Positions 17,378 to 19,360 of a stretch of DNA of 19,360 nt are shown one piece after another. Location of the stretch: the NCBI GenBank assembly GCA_041497675.1, contig JBGQGY010000073.1, forward strand, positions 1-19,360, in the 5' to 3' direction. Position numbers and translations under genes: made by a program. This DNA is from a bacterium. GTDB taxonomy: Bacteria > Sysuimicrobiota > Sysuimicrobiia > Sysuimicrobiales > Humicultoraceae. Below the pieces are notes generated by a model, which was not told where the DNA came from, ran no database searches, and saw only the letters and a program-made list of their open reading frames with translations. The number at the start of each line of letters is the position of its first letter. Position 1 is the first letter of the stretch.

Positions 17378-18577
17378 ATGAGCAGGTCTCTCGTTCTCAA
17401 GAACGTACGGCCGAACGGTGGGCCGACCGTGGACATGCGTATTGACGACGGCTACGTGGCGGAGGTCGGCCGCGCCCTGACAGCGGATGCGCCTGACCAC
17501 GAGGTGGTCGACGGGCGGGATACGATCGCGATTCCGAGCTTTGTCGAGGCCCACACGCATCTCGACAAGACGCTCTGGGGACGCCCCTGGCACTCGAATC
17601 AGGCGGGCCCCCGGCTCATCGACCGCATCGAGAACGAACGCCGGCTCCGCTCGCAGCTCAGCTTGGACCCGGCGCTTCAGTCAAGGCGCCAGGCCATCCA
17701 GTCGATCCGCATGGGCACGAGCTACATCCGGACTCACGTCGATATCGACACCGAGATCGGGCTCAAGCACCTTGAGGGAGTCCTCGCAACCCGGGAGCGG
17801 CTCCATCCGTACATCGATATCGAGATTGTCGCCTTTCCCCAGAGCGGGATGCTTGTGCGGCCTGGCACGGTGGATCTCCTCGACAAGGCGCTCCGGTCTG
17901 GGGCTGATCTCATCGGCGGCATCGATCCCAGTGCGATCGACCGCGATCCCGTCCGTCACCTGGACACCATCTTCGCCCTGGCGGAGAAACACGGCAAGGG
18001 CGTAGACATCCACTTGCATGAGCCTAGCGAGCTCGGGGCGTTCGCCATCGAGCTCGTCATCGAACGCACGCGGGTGCTCGGCCTCCAAGGGAAAGTGATG
18101 ATCAGCCACGCGTTCTGCCTTGGCGCGGTCGACGAGGCCACGCTCAGCCACCTTCTGGAGGCGCTCGCAGAGCTCCGGATCGCCGTGATGACCACCGGTC
18201 CCGTGGGCCGCCCCTGCCCATCCGTCAAACGGCTTCGTGACGCGGGCGTGGTGGTCTGCTCGGGTTCGGACGGTATTCGCGACACGTGGGGTCCGTATGG
18301 CAACGCCGACATGCTCGAGCGGGCGACGCTGCTCGCAATGCGAAACAGCTTTCGCACGGACGCCGAGATCGAACTCTGCCTGGATGTCGTGACATATGGC
18401 GGCGCAGTGGCCCTTGGGCTGACGGAGTACGGCGTCACTCCGGGCTGCCGCGCCGACCTCGTGCTGCTCGATTACGAGACCCGGGCCGAGGCGGTCGTGT
18501 CAAAGGGGCCGCGCGCCCTGGTCGTCAAGGGTGGCCGGATCGTCGCTCGTGACGGGGAATGTCTGATCCCAGCGTGA
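17378..18577 (+). CDS. Cytosine deaminase-like metal-dependent amidohydrolase
   Basis: FVEAHTHLDK, IRTHVD, IVAFPQ.G, GGIDP, DIHLHE, SHAFCL, GSDGIRD.W.PYGN.DML, G..ADLVL. GAGG SD 17367-17370. Substrate cannot be assigned. Confidence 0.88.
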   Translation: MSRSLVLKNVRPNGGPTVDMRIDDGYVAEVGRALTADAPDHEVVDGRDTIAIPSFVEAHTHLDKTLWGRPWHSNQAGPRLIDRIENERRLRSQLSLDPALQSRRQAIQSIRMGTSYIRTHVDIDTEIGLKHLEGVLATRERLHPYIDIEIVAFPQSGMLVRPGTVDLLDKALRSGADLIGGIDPSAIDRDPVRHLDTIFALAEKHGKGVDIHLHEPSELGAFAIELVIERTRVLGLQGKVMISHAFCLGAVDEATLSHLLEALAELRIAVMTTGPVGRPCPSVKRLRDAGVVVCSGSDGIRDTWGPYGNADMLERATLLAMRNSFRTDAEIELCLDVVTYGGAVALGLTEYGVTPGCRADLVLLDYETRAEAVVSKGPRALVVKGGRIVARDGECLIPA

Positions 18578-18586
18578 TGCTACACT
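18578..18586 (+). promoter_or_regulatory. Candidate extended -10 promoter TGcTACACT
   Basis: Matches TGnTAnnnT immediately after the deaminase stop. Would give a transcription start near 18592-18594 and a ~150-nt leader. Confidence 0.5.
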
Positions 18587-18740
18587 CAGAGAAACGTGTG
18601 TTCGATGTACTCCTCACCCCGTGGCTCCCCACCCGACAGCTGATCACCTCGTAGCCCAGCGTAGAGATATACGCGAGCGCGCCCTGGGGAGGGGACCACG
18701 GCAGGGCGCGGAATCGAAACAGAACACAGGGGTGAGGTGC

Positions 18741-19360
18741 ATGGCAGAAGTGTTCATTGGCGGCGCCTACCGGGAGTTCCCACGGGCCGAGCGGCTGCCG
18801 ATCAGAAATCCGGCGAATGGCGAGCTGGTCGACACCGTCCCCAAGGTCGGTGTCGCGGAAGTGGACCTGGCGGTCCGATCGGCCGCCGATGCCTTCCCGG
18901 CCTGGCGCGAGACGCCCGCGGGGCGGCGCGGCGAGATCCTCATGACGGCCGCCGCCGCGGTCCGCCACGCGTTGAACGATCTAGCGCAGCTGCTGACCAG
19001 TGAGCAGGGCAAGCCGCTGCGCGAGGCCCGACTCGAGATCAGCCGCTTCGTCCACACGCTGGAGCACTACGCCGGTCTGGCCAAGAACCTGCGGGGCGGC
19101 TACGTGCCCAACCTGGACGAGGGCGCGTATGGCATGATTCTCAAGATGCCGCTGGGCGTGGTCGGCGCGATCGTCCCCTGGAACTTTCCGACGACGCTGC
19201 TCGGGAACAAACTTGGACCCGCGCTGGTGGCCGGCAATACGCTCGTCGCCAAACCGGCGGAGACCACGCCGCTCACGACGTTGCGCATCGCGGGGCTGAT
19301 GCACGAGGCCGGGCTGCCCGCCGGCGCGTTCAACGTGATCACGGGAGCCGGATCGGTCGC
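18741..19360 (+). CDS. NAD(P)-dependent aldehyde dehydrogenase (3'-truncated by the window end)
   Basis: Not in the supplied ORF track; I translated it by hand from ATG 18741 (SD GAGGT 18734-18738): MAEVFIGGAY...NPANGE...AFPAW...EQGKPLREA...PLGVVGAIVPWNFP...PALVAGNT..AKPAETTP...AGLPAGAFNVITG. Confidence 0.93.
   Translation, partial: MAEVFIGGAYREFPRAERLPIRNPANGELVDTVPKVGVAEVDLAVRSAADAFPAWRETPAGRRGEILMTAAAAVRHALNDLAQLLTSEQGKPLREARLEISRFVHTLEHYAGLAKNLRGGYVPNLDEGAYGMILKMPLGVVGAIVPWNFPTTLLGNKLGPALVAGNTLVAKPAETTPLTTLRIAGLMHEAGLPAGAFNVITGAGSV

Noticed and set aside
17311..17436. Longer start for the COG0523 gene (353 aa)
   Set aside because: It would overlap the divergent deaminase; family proteins begin just before the PVTLLTGFLGSGKT motif.
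17378..18577. Naming the deaminase codA
   Set aside because: The motifs support the family only; members act on varied substrates.
1..19360. CRISPR array, IS/transposase, integrase, tRNA/rRNA, frameshifted pseudogenes
   Set aside because: I saw no periodic repeat-spacer pattern, terminal inverted repeats, recombinase motifs or cloverleaf; all called genes are intact and of expected length.

Overview
GC-rich bacterial chromosomal window with no mobile element, CRISPR array, tRNA or rRNA that I can see. (1) 1-245 is the 3' part of a tryptophan-specific T-box riboswitch (UGG specifier, UGGC antiterminator bulge, terminator). It heads a tightly coupled 10-gene operon aroF-tyrA-trpE-trpG-trpD-trpC-trpS-trpF-trpB-trpA (283-9779), with the tRNA synthetase gene inside the biosynthetic genes and a His-to-Gln change at a DAHP synthase metal ligand. 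(2) 9839-13501 (+) holds a Tat-signal protein of unknown function, a coupled YmaB-like Nudix hydrolase / OGG1-type DNA glycosylase pair, and a secreted two-repeat beta-barrel protein. (3) 13506-19360 looks like a catabolic cluster: a minus-strand operon COG0523 metallochaperone GTPase - M20 amidohydrolase - YtcJ-like amidohydrolase, divergent across 67 bp from a cytosine-deaminase-like hydrolase. An aldehyde dehydrogenase follows, truncated by the window end; its ~150-nt leader has extensive alternative base pairing that can sequester its ribosome-binding site. All family calls come from motif recognition only; no searches were run.
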